From Verrucomicrobiota bacterium (lineage in GTDB: Bacteria > Verrucomicrobiota > Verrucomicrobiia > Opitutales > Coraliomargaritaceae): a stretch of DNA of 64,000 nt. Made by a program: the position numbers and the translations under genes. The notes under the pieces were generated by a model. That model made no database searches and was not told the DNA's origin. It saw only the letters and a list, made by a program, of their open reading frames with translations. This document shows positions 33,492-43,166 of the stretch, piece after piece. How positions within the stretch are numbered: position 1 is the stretch's first letter; every line of letters starts with the position of its first letter. Where the stretch lies: contig JBCBZJ010000016.1 in the NCBI GenBank assembly GCA_039815375.1, forward strand, positions 13,913 to 77,912, in the 5' to 3' direction.

Positions 33492-34595
33492 ATGCGTTTC
33501 ACGAGCTTAGCATTAGTCTGTTTACTTAGCCTTGGTGTCATCGGTTGCCAGACAGCCAAAGATAGTCACAGAACCGATAAGCCATCCCCTGTTGTTCCCA
33601 AGTCCTACGTTTTCGGCTGGGGGGTGTTGCCATCTAAACTTGCGACTCCCAGCGGCGGCAACACCCTCGGCGCGAAGTATACGGCTTCTGAGCCTCAGGC
33701 AGTTGAAATCCCCGAAGATGCGACTGCCTTCGAAAAAGACCGAGCTGCGATTCTCGCCCTCGCCGGAAGCTACAAAGTTGACTTCCATTTTATGGAGACC
33801 ATGGGGCTCACACCAGAGTTTGAGAAGCGAGGACGCTACAACTCCTGGGGAACCGAACTTGTCGAAGTGCTCGAAGACACTGGAGATTTCATCAGCCTAC
33901 AGCACACACTTGTAATGTTCTTCGATGAACCTGACATGCCATCCGAGCCGATGGTCATGAAACACTGGCGACAAGACTGGACTTATCAGGATAGCACAGT
34001 CTTTGCCTTTCAGGGCGATCTCACCTGGAAACGTAAGCAAATCAAACCTAAGGATGTCAAAGGTGCATGGACACAGGCAGTCTTTCAGGTCGACGACTCG
34101 CCTCGCTATGAAGTAGTTGGTCGATGGGTGCACTATGGCAATCTGAGCAGATGGACTAGTGAACTCGACGCTAGACCACTCCCCCGCAGAGAGTTTTCCC
34201 AACGCTCCGATTATAAACTTCTGGAAGGGACTCATCAGATTTCACTCACGCCAACAGGCTGGGTGCATCAGCAGAACAATCTTAAACGGACCAGCACGAT
34301 GGACGACTCCGTCGTACCCGTTTACCTCTCCACCGAGATCGGTATTAACCGCTACACCCGTATCGATGAACCGGTCTTAACCGAAGCGGCCGCCGAATAC
34401 TTCGAAACCGCCGGTGATTATTGGGCCTCTGTCCGTGACGTCTGGAAGGATCTCTTGAACTCACGAGACGAAATTGCACTGCTCAAAACAGTCGATAACC
34501 GCCCGCAGTTCATGCCGCATTTCGAAGCGGCTACCAATGAATCGAGCACCACAGAGACCGCCCGCGAGATTATTGAGTCTTACCTGATCGATTAA
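33492..34595 (+). CDS. DUF6607-like lipoprotein
   Basis: Lipobox VIGC; DRAAILA, ISLQH, KHWRQDW, QVDDSPRY and PLPRRE motifs. Confidence 0.75.
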   Translation: MRFTSLALVCLLSLGVIGCQTAKDSHRTDKPSPVVPKSYVFGWGVLPSKLATPSGGNTLGAKYTASEPQAVEIPEDATAFEKDRAAILALAGSYKVDFHFMETMGLTPEFEKRGRYNSWGTELVEVLEDTGDFISLQHTLVMFFDEPDMPSEPMVMKHWRQDWTYQDSTVFAFQGDLTWKRKQIKPKDVKGAWTQAVFQVDDSPRYEVVGRWVHYGNLSRWTSELDARPLPRREFSQRSDYKLLEGTHQISLTPTGWVHQQNNLKRTSTMDDSVVPVYLSTEIGINRYTRIDEPVLTEAAAEYFETAGDYWASVRDVWKDLLNSRDEIALLKTVDNRPQFMPHFEAATNESSTTETAREIIESYLID

Positions 34596-34711
34596 AGAAG
34601 CCGTATCAATTGATGCGGCTCATACTCAATCAAAACCCGAAGTCAGTTCGCTAAATGTGTTTTGGCATTTTGCGAACGTCATAGGTATCAAACCTAAAGC
34701 CTATCCCCAGT

Positions 34712-36211
34712 CTAGATTATCTCTAAGCGTTCGAGAAACTGTCTGGCATTCGCCCGGTGCATTGCTCGCTTATCGTCGGACATACGCTGCCAGGACCGTG
34801 TCATCATGGAAAGCCGCGGGTTACTTGAAAAGAAGGCTTCGTGATCTCCAATGAAACTCCAATAGAGGCCATCCCAAATATGACACCAATCACCTGCTTT
34901 GTAGTGCGACATCTTTCGAATGTAGTTTGAACCGGAAATATACGGCTTCGTCGTAAATGTGCCTCCATCAGCAAACTGTGACATTCCATAGACATTGGGC
35001 ACCATCACCCAGTCATACGCGTCGATGTAGAATTCCATGAACCAGTGATAGATCGCATTTGGATCGAAACGGCAAAGCAGCATAAAATTACCAATTACCA
35101 TGAGACGCTCAATATGATGACCCCACGCATGATCGATAGCATGTCGAATCGCATCGTCGACTGGTGGTATACCCGTTTCACCGGTATAGAAAGCCTGAGG
35201 AATACTGCGTTCGTGCTTCCAGTAGTTACCGTTCCGAATCTCCACGCCCCGGTGCTTGTAAATCCCATACATGAACTCTCGCCAGCCGATGATTTGCCGA
35301 ATAAAGCCCTCCAGAGAGTTCATTGGAATTTCGTTTTCTCTCGAAAATTTAAGTGCTTCATCGACGACCTCGCGTGGTGTCAGTAGGCCGACATTGATCA
35401 TGGGAGAAAGCACCGAGTGAAAGAGCGTCCGATGCTCGAGATGAAGTGCATCTTCATAGGGGCCGAAATCACGAAAGCGATCTTTGAGAAAAGTCTCCAG
35501 CCATGATTTTGCAGCTGAACGCGTAACTGGCCAATTGAAGGATTCAATCGAACCGAGATTACCGCCAAAGTGCGATTCAATATATTCGAGAGCTTCGCTT
35601 ACGTAAGCATTCGCCTGAATAGAAGGCTCATCGGGGAGTTTCATATCCTTCGGCACGCGTTTCCGATTATCTTCATCAAACGACCAACGTCCACCCGCTG
35701 GTGAATCGCCTTCCATTAGGATGTCCAGATACTTGCGCTGGTCCTTGTAAAAATTCGCCATGAATGGACGCTTACGAACGGGTCCCGTATGCTTGTCGAG
35801 CAACTCCCTATCCGAGATGAACGCAGGCGAGGTTTCGATAACGAGTTCAACTCCAAATTCATCAGCTACTTTATTCAGCCGTTTTTCCAGAATGAAATCA
35901 TGTGGGTCGGCGATGTGTATGCGCCCGACCGATTCCTTCAGAATAGACTTCAGAACTGTCCGTGAGTCGCTCGCACCATCTTTTGGGCAGTCAATATAGT
36001 GAACCTCGTAGCCGCGACGCTCAATCTCAGCGGCGTAGGCTTTCATGCTAGCTCGATGAAATACTAACCGCTGCTTATGAACATTTAACCTATGATGACG
36101 ATCCGTCCCAAAGAAAAGCGGGTCCTCAATTAAGTAAACCGGCACTTCCTTCGAAAATGCAGGATGCGGGCTGAAAAGTTGATGCGGATAAATAAGGCTT
36201 ATAGATGACAT
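34712..36211 (-). CDS. PhrB/CryPro-like (6-4) photolyase-related protein
   Basis: PHQLF, HRASM, GGRWSFDEDNRK, GFIRQIIGWREF, HHIERLM, DAYDWVM.PNV and TKPY motifs. Confidence 0.9.
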   Translation of the reverse strand: MSSISLIYPHQLFSPHPAFSKEVPVYLIEDPLFFGTDRHHRLNVHKQRLVFHRASMKAYAAEIERRGYEVHYIDCPKDGASDSRTVLKSILKESVGRIHIADPHDFILEKRLNKVADEFGVELVIETSPAFISDRELLDKHTGPVRKRPFMANFYKDQRKYLDILMEGDSPAGGRWSFDEDNRKRVPKDMKLPDEPSIQANAYVSEALEYIESHFGGNLGSIESFNWPVTRSAAKSWLETFLKDRFRDFGPYEDALHLEHRTLFHSVLSPMINVGLLTPREVVDEALKFSRENEIPMNSLEGFIRQIIGWREFMYGIYKHRGVEIRNGNYWKHERSIPQAFYTGETGIPPVDDAIRHAIDHAWGHHIERLMVIGNFMLLCRFDPNAIYHWFMEFYIDAYDWVMVPNVYGMSQFADGGTFTTKPYISGSNYIRKMSHYKAGDWCHIWDGLYWSFIGDHEAFFSSNPRLSMMTRSWQRMSDDKRAMHRANARQFLERLEII

Positions 36212-36456
36212 AGCAATCTGCCGAATAACCTTCGACTATAACGGAACGCTTCGATTCGTAAAACTTTACAAAAAGGAGCATACGCTACTTGTAGTTAAAA
36301 AAGTCGCCTCCCAGGCAACGCAGCTCCGTCCAAGATCGTGCAATCTCTCGAAACGCCCCACCAAATCCCCCGACATGCAAAACCTTAGAGCGCGAAGCTA
36401 GTGCATACATCATTTCATTTTACCTCGTTCAGATTTAATTCTTACTAGAATGCATA

Positions 36457-37116
36457 ATGTCCAAAGCTCTCTCTACCATCGAAGAAGTCATCCGTGCACG
36501 GGTGACCGAGAAAGTCCTGTCCACCTTAGAACAGCGTGCATCGGTCCCTGCTGAAATCGAGGCCCGGAACCGTCCACTCGTCGAGTCAGCTATCGAGACC
36601 GCCGGCTGGGCACCTTTCCACTACCCACGAGATGCTGATCGTATCGCTGAGCCCTGGCGTGCGTATGCTCTCTGGAATGAGAAAACCCGCAAACTCGCTC
36701 GCTTTCTTTCCGAAGACCTGAAACTAAACAGTAAAGAACCGCAGCTGGCGGCCGCCTGCTCTGCACTTGTATTGGTGACGTGGATACCGGAAAAAGTCCC
36801 TGCATCCAGTAGCCAGACAGAGGATCCAGCCGTAATCCGCAATGAAGAACATCTCGCCGCCAGTTCGGCAATGGTTCAGAATCTTCTGCTTGCGCTTACT
36901 GCTTACGGCATTGGCAACTACTGGTCCAGCGGCGGCAAACTGCGCGGACCCGACGCATTCAACTATCTTGGTATTCCTGAATCAGAACGACTACTGGCTG
37001 CTGTTTTTATTGAATATCCAGAGATGCGCGACGTGAAATATGGCGAAACAATACGCAAGCCCGGATCTCTTCGAACGAAGCGAAGCAAAAGCTGGGCTCG
37101 AAACATTCAGTTATAA
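36457..37116 (+). CDS. Nitroreductase-family protein
   Basis: IRAR.T.K, WAPFH, EPWR and AMVQNLLLALTA..YWSSG motifs. Confidence 0.85.
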   Translation: MSKALSTIEEVIRARVTEKVLSTLEQRASVPAEIEARNRPLVESAIETAGWAPFHYPRDADRIAEPWRAYALWNEKTRKLARFLSEDLKLNSKEPQLAAACSALVLVTWIPEKVPASSSQTEDPAVIRNEEHLAASSAMVQNLLLALTAYGIGNYWSSGGKLRGPDAFNYLGIPESERLLAAVFIEYPEMRDVKYGETIRKPGSLRTKRSKSWARNIQL

Positions 37117-37117
37117 A

Positions 37118-39310
37118 TTAGAACCTGTAAGTCGCAGAGACGCTCATATTTTGCTTATCTCCGACGTAGACACCACCTCCAGCCGCATCCCGCCCAACGA
37201 TGTAGTCTTGGTCGAAAAGATTACGAACGGTGAGACCAAGCTTCCATCGCTTTTCCGTAAAACCAAGGTGCAGATTGACCACGTCATAGCCCTCGATGCT
37301 TTGGTTATTCAGGAGGTCACCGTTGGAAAAAAAGTCATCAACAACCGTCCAATCTGCAGCCAGGTGCCATCGATCCAAGAATTCGTAACGCCCCCAAAAC
37401 GCAGCACTGTAACTCGGTGCTCCAGGAAATTCATTTCCTTCAACTTCAAAACCAGGGCCTCCACTGGGGAACTCAGTAAACTTGGTGTGAACATACCCAA
37501 GTGAAGCACCGATCGTGAGTTTTTCCATCGGTTGCCAGCTGACCTCAAATTCAGTGCCATATACTTCGGAACGCCCTGCATTGACTGTTAGCGGAAAGCT
37601 CAGGTCGGGCCCACCATTCGGGTCTATTGCAGTCTGCTCAATCTCAACCTGTTGATCAACCCAATCGTAAAAGAAGATGTTCGCGTTAAGCCTCAGCCGA
37701 TTATCCAGCCATTCCGAACGATAGGAAATTTCATAGCTTCGAAGGTATTCTGCATCTACGACCGGATTGACCCCAAGTTCTTCGGCCGAAAATTCTGAAT
37801 CGATGAACTGCGCGAAGCCTGCACGATAGCCCTCCGAGTAAATGAAGGACAACGACTGTTCTGGTCGGAACTGCCAGGTCAGCGAAGCCCTGGGCAGGAA
37901 GGCATCGAACTCACCTGAGGTTTCGTCAAGCTCGTCCGGATCAGGCGAGCGATCCAGAAAAGAGTTTTCAAATTCCTCTTCGTCGTAACGTGCCCCAAGT
38001 GAAAGCATCAGTTTCTCCATGATCGGGATGTTCCACTCTGCAAAGATCGCCCGATTCTCCGTCGTATTGTCGGCTCTCAAATCCTGCCGGACGGTCGTTC
38101 CAGCTGGTGGTTCGAACATCAGCCGGACAACCGAATCGCGATCAAACTCCAAATGCGAGTAAAACAAGCCGACAAATCCGCTCAAACGCCCCTCCTCCAC
38201 TTCGCCGTAATTGAGCCGCAACTCCTGGGCAAAATCGCGGTCTTCCCGAACTTCATCGCGGTCGTAGAAGGACTGTGGAGTCAGATAACTTGTCGACGTC
38301 AAGGTGTAGGAACTCGTCGAGCTCAGTTCCCAATCCTCACCCAAAGCGTAGCGACCACGCAACACATGGAGATCGATTTCGGTCTCGCGGGTTTCAGCAA
38401 AAATAAATCCATCAAACCCGAAGCGACGATCAAACGGGTCGGCACCCACACTACCATCAACAGCTGAATTAGACGGACTATCCTCTACCCGATTGTAAAT
38501 CGCCTCCAGTTCCAAACCTGGCACGAAACTCGGAGTAAAAAGCAATTTGCTCCGAAGCATCTCATATTCGTCCTCCGCAAACGTTTCCAGCTCGGGGCTC
38601 GCGTATTCGATATCCAGCTCCCGCTCAATCTTCTCTGCTGCGACCCTAAAGGCCAGTTGATCATCGATCAACGGTCCCGAGACCATCAAAGCTCCTTCTC
38701 GACGATCCAACTCACCAAAAATCCCCCGGGCAGCCGCTTCCCAAAAATAGGTCGGTGAGTTCGTCTCAATCAGGATCAATCCAGCCAGCGCATTGCGGCC
38801 CTGACGTGTCGACTGCGGGCCCCGATAGACCTCGATCCGGCCGACATCCCAAGAACCTCTGGCACCGCGCCGAATGCCCTCAAAGGTCTGCGTCACCCCG
38901 TCGACCACCAATGTGGAAGTAGGCCGCAACTGTGCACCCGGCTGCCCGACCCCTTCGGAGTTGATGCCTCGAATCGTGAATCCGCTGTTCGCCCCGTTCG
39001 CGACAACAGACTGAGCGTTTGCGACAAAGCGCAAACTGTCTCGAAAGTCGACGACATCGTAATCCTGAATGAGGATCTCGTCGATTACCGCGAGACTGTC
39101 GATGGTGGTTTGCGTGGTGCGCTCCATCTTCGTTCCGGTTACTACAAACTCATCGAGCGCCACAATTGGCACCTCTCCGTTTTCAGAATTGGCCTGTGCA
39201 TAAGACACGGGCCAGCCGAAGCAACTCACGGAAAAGGCACTCCCAAGCATAATGATGCGATTTAAAACCATCTCTCGTTTGGACCTCCGATCCATAGCCG
39301 TAGAAGTCAA
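37118..39310 (-). CDS. TonB-dependent receptor (FyuA-like, no signalling domain)
   Basis: TonB box DEFVVTG; plug FTIRGI..IEVYRGPQST..GRNA; C-terminal YRF. Confidence 0.93.
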   Translation of the reverse strand: MTSTAMDRRSKREMVLNRIIMLGSAFSVSCFGWPVSYAQANSENGEVPIVALDEFVVTGTKMERTTQTTIDSLAVIDEILIQDYDVVDFRDSLRFVANAQSVVANGANSGFTIRGINSEGVGQPGAQLRPTSTLVVDGVTQTFEGIRRGARGSWDVGRIEVYRGPQSTRQGRNALAGLILIETNSPTYFWEAAARGIFGELDRREGALMVSGPLIDDQLAFRVAAEKIERELDIEYASPELETFAEDEYEMLRSKLLFTPSFVPGLELEAIYNRVEDSPSNSAVDGSVGADPFDRRFGFDGFIFAETRETEIDLHVLRGRYALGEDWELSSTSSYTLTSTSYLTPQSFYDRDEVREDRDFAQELRLNYGEVEEGRLSGFVGLFYSHLEFDRDSVVRLMFEPPAGTTVRQDLRADNTTENRAIFAEWNIPIMEKLMLSLGARYDEEEFENSFLDRSPDPDELDETSGEFDAFLPRASLTWQFRPEQSLSFIYSEGYRAGFAQFIDSEFSAEELGVNPVVDAEYLRSYEISYRSEWLDNRLRLNANIFFYDWVDQQVEIEQTAIDPNGGPDLSFPLTVNAGRSEVYGTEFEVSWQPMEKLTIGASLGYVHTKFTEFPSGGPGFEVEGNEFPGAPSYSAAFWGRYEFLDRWHLAADWTVVDDFFSNGDLLNNQSIEGYDVVNLHLGFTEKRWKLGLTVRNLFDQDYIVGRDAAGGGVYVGDKQNMSVSATYRF

Positions 39311-40245
39311 TTTGAAATCACAATCGCGTAGAAGCGTTGATCCTCCTCACTACTGTCCGGGTCAACGACCTGCTTCGCACTGCCGTCGCCCGTGATCAGG
39401 CCGCCCAGGTTCGCCCAGGTCGGGATCGCACCCGCACCGGCTAGCTCACTGGTCCATTTGACCTGATAGAAATTGCCCGCGACCGAAGAAAATTGGACTA
39501 CCGCATCCCCCTCGGAAAATGTGATCGACGGTGTGACTGGAACGATTGGCGTGGGCGGGGCACTGATTTCCGGAGCGAAAGTAGGTGTGCCCTCGAAATC
39601 CCATTCCTGACGAGCCTCGACTTGAGGAAAAGGTGAAGGAAGTTGAACCAACACAGTATCATCGACTGAAAGTTCAAAACTCGATGCACTCATGGTAAGC
39701 GTCCCGTCATAGGAATCGGCTGCACCTGAAAAGGTAAATCCAATATCGGCCGAAAAAGTCATACTTTGGACCACCCCATCCAATAGAGTGACGCTACCCG
39801 CCACAGAACTCAATGCAGTCGCATAATTCCCGCCTGCGACAGAAAGGCTGGACCCTGATACGTAAGGATCGAAATCGAAACCGGCGTCTATAATCGAAAT
39901 TGTCTCACTACCTTGACCTGTGATTTCGGCACTCAGAGTGAGCGTTCCGACATCCGCCCAGTTGCTTTCGGTTGGAAAGCCGTCAACACCAGAATTGAAA
40001 AGCGCATCGCTATCGATGTCATACATCCCGTCCGGCGACCGGTTGATCTGAGCATAAGCATTCGAAAAATAATCGTAGAATCGGCCGCCCCCATCAGCAG
40101 TAAGACTAACAACAATATCTGCTCTCGTTACTTGATCTGAATGTACCGCAGTAATCAGAAGAAGTCCTGAAACACGAAGAGCAGACCGACGAATCCTTTG
40201 CATCTTTGAATCAGACCACGAACCAGCCCGGAATCGAGCATTCAT
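39307..40245 (-). CDS. Secreted beta-rich protein with verrucomicrobial-type C-terminal Ig-like domain
   Basis: Signal-like N-terminus, Pro linker, C-terminal F.S..G..YQV..T.EL..W..DP..RFY; 4-bp overlaps with both neighbours. Confidence 0.75.
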   Translation of the reverse strand: MNARFRAGSWSDSKMQRIRRSALRVSGLLLITAVHSDQVTRADIVVSLTADGGGRFYDYFSNAYAQINRSPDGMYDIDSDALFNSGVDGFPTESNWADVGTLTLSAEITGQGSETISIIDAGFDFDPYVSGSSLSVAGGNYATALSSVAGSVTLLDGVVQSMTFSADIGFTFSGAADSYDGTLTMSASSFELSVDDTVLVQLPSPFPQVEARQEWDFEGTPTFAPEISAPPTPIVPVTPSITFSEGDAVVQFSSVAGNFYQVKWTSELAGAGAIPTWANLGGLITGDGSAKQVVDPDSSEEDQRFYAIVISN

Positions 40246-41021
40246 CTACCCGCTCTTCTACGACGGACCGTTGAGAATCCAAGGGCTCCAAGGCCTAAAA
40301 AGAGTGTAAGAAGGCTTGGTTCAGGAACCACAACTCCATCAAGTGTCAATGTTGTGGGCGGGAGGTTGGCAAATGCAGCAGAAGTCGACCCCCTAAAAAT
40401 TCGCTCGTTGGCATTTGGATTGCCACCAGGAAGCTGACTCCCATCAGGTTGCCAGGTGGTTAGGGAACCACCGATCAACCAATCACCACCCAAGTCGATC
40501 GATGATTGAATCGATGCGAGCGCGTCCGAGTTGAGCGTAATCGTTTGGAAGGTCCCGCTGTCATCCAGCGTATTCACCGAGGAATCGGTCGTCAGGGTCC
40601 CGTAGGACGTTCCTGTCCCCAGATCAGCAAATACACCCAGCGCATTGGTAAAGCTGGCAATATCGGACGCGGAGCTACTGCCGACGTCAAAAAACGTAAT
40701 CGTTTCTGAAGAATCGGGAGAATCATAGGAGGTCGAGCCCTGCCCGTTCTCTCCGGGATGAAAAAACGTGATGGTCGCACTCGTGACCGTTCCGGAGAGA
40801 TTGCTCAAATCAAAGACATGAAAATTGCGTGTCACCTCAGCCCTGCTACCACTACTGCCAGTGGCTCGAACTTGATACGCTTCTCCGTAGCCAGCAAAAA
40901 AAACAAAGTCATCGATCGAACCACGGTTCGTCGTTGTCACATCAACCGAAGCAGACGCATTGTTCATACTCCAAAGCGTAGCAAACAGGACAAGGTTCGT
41001 TTTTCTAAAAGCGTTTTGCAT
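40242..41021 (-). CDS. PEP-CTERM sorting domain protein
   Basis: Signal peptide; C-terminal VVPEPSLLTLFLGLGALGFSTVRRRRAGR. Confidence 0.92.
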   Translation of the reverse strand: MQNAFRKTNLVLFATLWSMNNASASVDVTTTNRGSIDDFVFFAGYGEAYQVRATGSSGSRAEVTRNFHVFDLSNLSGTVTSATITFFHPGENGQGSTSYDSPDSSETITFFDVGSSSASDIASFTNALGVFADLGTGTSYGTLTTDSSVNTLDDSGTFQTITLNSDALASIQSSIDLGGDWLIGGSLTTWQPDGSQLPGGNPNANERIFRGSTSAAFANLPPTTLTLDGVVVPEPSLLTLFLGLGALGFSTVRRRRAGR

Positions 41022-41222
41022 CGTTAATCGATTGGCTGGAAATAATTATGCGTAAACAGGGTCCTTTGGTTCCCTGATCTCAATTCCGTTCATACAGATC
41101 ACTTTCGGTGCTGGGAAATTTTTTATAAATCCAAGTTTTATAACTATCTTCTCTGTCTGATTCGGTGAAAATTCGACTTCTCGATTCAGCCTGAATCTTC
41201 GAAGAAAATGTGCTTGCTGGAT

Positions 41223-41248
41223 AAAAAAACCGCCGTGATTGGCGGTTT
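41223..41248 (-). terminator. Intrinsic terminator after the upstream PEP-CTERM gene
   Basis: Minus strand reads AAACCGCC-AATCAC-GGCGGTTTTTTT. Confidence 0.75.
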
Positions 41249-41290
41249 GAAAGTTGGACGAGCTCTCAAAAGGGAGTGGATGCAAGAACC

Positions 41291-42019
41291 CTAAGATCGG
41301 CGCCGACGGTTCGCTGCAAAATTGAATGCCACAATTCCAAAAAGCACCGCAAATATGGAAGGCTCCGGCACGACCTGCGTGAACACTGTTCCACTATCCA
41401 ACTGAAAAGCCGACTGAGCAAGGAAAGGACTGCCAATATAAAACAGTTGATATTCCGCCATTCCGCTGAGGTCCAATCCGGAGAGGTCCCATTGGAATTG
41501 ATTTACAGTAGTGCCACCGAAGTCAATCGGATCGCCAGCAGATGTGGCGGTAAAATCGGCCGGTAAGGCCGTGAAGAGATCATTTGAGTCACTGTCCAGA
41601 ATAGTCAATGTAGGTTCGGCAATGAAGCCACCCAAGGCTTCGATCTGGAATACCACTGTTTCCAGCCCTGCAAGCGGAGCCGAGTTAACCGTAACAAACT
41701 GGCCAGGTGAAGTATGAGAATAAATCGACTCTGATGCGAAATATCCGCCACCGCCTACTTTAAAGATAAACGCGTTGTTTGCAGATCCTACATCAGTTGC
41801 GCCAACCGGAGCTCCCCAAGCATCCTCGAATTCGCTGATCGAATCCGGCCAAACGGGCCCGGGGAAGTTTGTTCCGTTAAGATCTGACCACCCTTCATAC
41901 TCAGTGGTTCCTGAGAGCGAGATATTGACCAAGCCTAATGCAGGGCTTGCCAAAGCAATAAGAGAAATCCCGACTAGGAATTTGGTTAATTTTGCCTGAG
42001 TTCGACTATGCGTTTTCAT
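41291..42019 (-). CDS. PEP-CTERM sorting domain protein
   Basis: Signal peptide from MKTHSR; C-terminal VVPEPSIFAVLFGIVAFNFAANRRRRS. Confidence 0.92.
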   Translation of the reverse strand: MKTHSRTQAKLTKFLVGISLIALASPALGLVNISLSGTTEYEGWSDLNGTNFPGPVWPDSISEFEDAWGAPVGATDVGSANNAFIFKVGGGGYFASESIYSHTSPGQFVTVNSAPLAGLETVVFQIEALGGFIAEPTLTILDSDSNDLFTALPADFTATSAGDPIDFGGTTVNQFQWDLSGLDLSGMAEYQLFYIGSPFLAQSAFQLDSGTVFTQVVPEPSIFAVLFGIVAFNFAANRRRRS

Positions 42020-42023
42020 GATT

Positions 42024-42080
42024 ATGAGACTCAATTACAACTTTAAATACCATGTCAATGCTTTTGAGACTCATTTTCAT
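42024..42080 (-). promoter_or_regulatory. Two 17-bp palindromic operator copies flanking a TTGACA -35 element
   Basis: ATGAGACTCAATTACAA (42024-42040) and TTGAGACTCATTTTCAT (42064-42080); minus-strand TTGACA lies between them. Confidence 0.7.
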
Positions 42081-42436
42081 AAATAATTTAAAGATGCTCT
42101 TCACAAGAAAGAAGAGACAAGCACAGTTTGCATACGGAACGTCATAAAGCACCGTAACACCTCTCTATTGAGCAGTGAACGGATTACTTAACCGAAGCAA
42201 ATAGGCTCGCGCAAATACGTCAGTAAGACCGGGAAAGTCTCTGCATAGAGGTCCAGGCGACCAGAAAAGATGCCCCGGCCGTCGACGGTAACGAAGAACA
42301 TCAAGCCGCCCGTTTGGCAGTGGTGCAAAATCTTCTGTTCGCTAAAAAACCGAAATCAGAGATCAAAAAGACTACTCAAACGGCCCGGCTCCAACAAGGC
42401 TCTGGATTCTGGACATTGAAAAGCCTACCGCCAAAC

Positions 42437-42985
42437 TTACTCCACCACCTTCATTATCCCGGCCATATTGGCGAAGATGTGCCCCGGGAAGGAGCAGACA
42501 AAGTCATAAATGCCAACTCCCGGAGCGGTGAATTCAACCGTGTCTTCCTCACCGGGACCGATCAATTTTGTGTAGGCCAGCACCCTACTGTCATTGAGCG
42601 GGACATAGTCCGTATCTGCGGCTTTGACTGAATCCGTGGCAAACTTCTGCTTGTCTGTTCCAGCCTGGAGGATAACCACGTTATGCCCCATCGCTGCTTT
42701 CGGAAGCTTTCCGGTATTTTTGAAAACCAAAGTAACTTTCGAACCGGACTTCACGGTAAATTCTTTCACGTCGAACTGCATCATGTCATTCCCTGTAATC
42801 AGGACGACAGGGGCGCTCTCTGCAGAGAAGTCTTTTGATTTCGCATCTAGAGGAGTTTCGGAAGCGTGAGCTGCGTGGTCATCCATGTGATGCGCATGAT
42901 CATGAGTCGCTTCATCCTCCTTTGAGCCACCGCAAGCCACAAGGAGAAGACAAAGTGAAAGGCAAAAGTAATTTCTTATCAGCAT
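42437..42985 (-). CDS. Azurin/auracyanin-like blue copper lipoprotein
   Basis: Lipobox LVAC; His-rich linker; MGHNVV and YDFVCSFPGHIFANM type-1 copper ligands. Confidence 0.9.
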   Translation of the reverse strand: MLIRNYFCLSLCLLLVACGGSKEDEATHDHAHHMDDHAAHASETPLDAKSKDFSAESAPVVLITGNDMMQFDVKEFTVKSGSKVTLVFKNTGKLPKAAMGHNVVILQAGTDKQKFATDSVKAADTDYVPLNDSRVLAYTKLIGPGEEDTVEFTAPGVGIYDFVCSFPGHIFANMAGIMKVVE

Positions 42986-43166
42986 ATCTTTGGATTCTAA
43001 GCGTCGAATTTGGATTATCAAGGCGCACTTGGGTTTCATTCATTGAAAGTGCAACTGCTTTGGCAGCATCACGGTTAGTGTCTTTGCGACCGAAGCGAAG
43101 AAACATCATCATTTTTAATGCCAAGATAAAGAATGGATACCTAATAAATAGATAAAAACGTTACTC

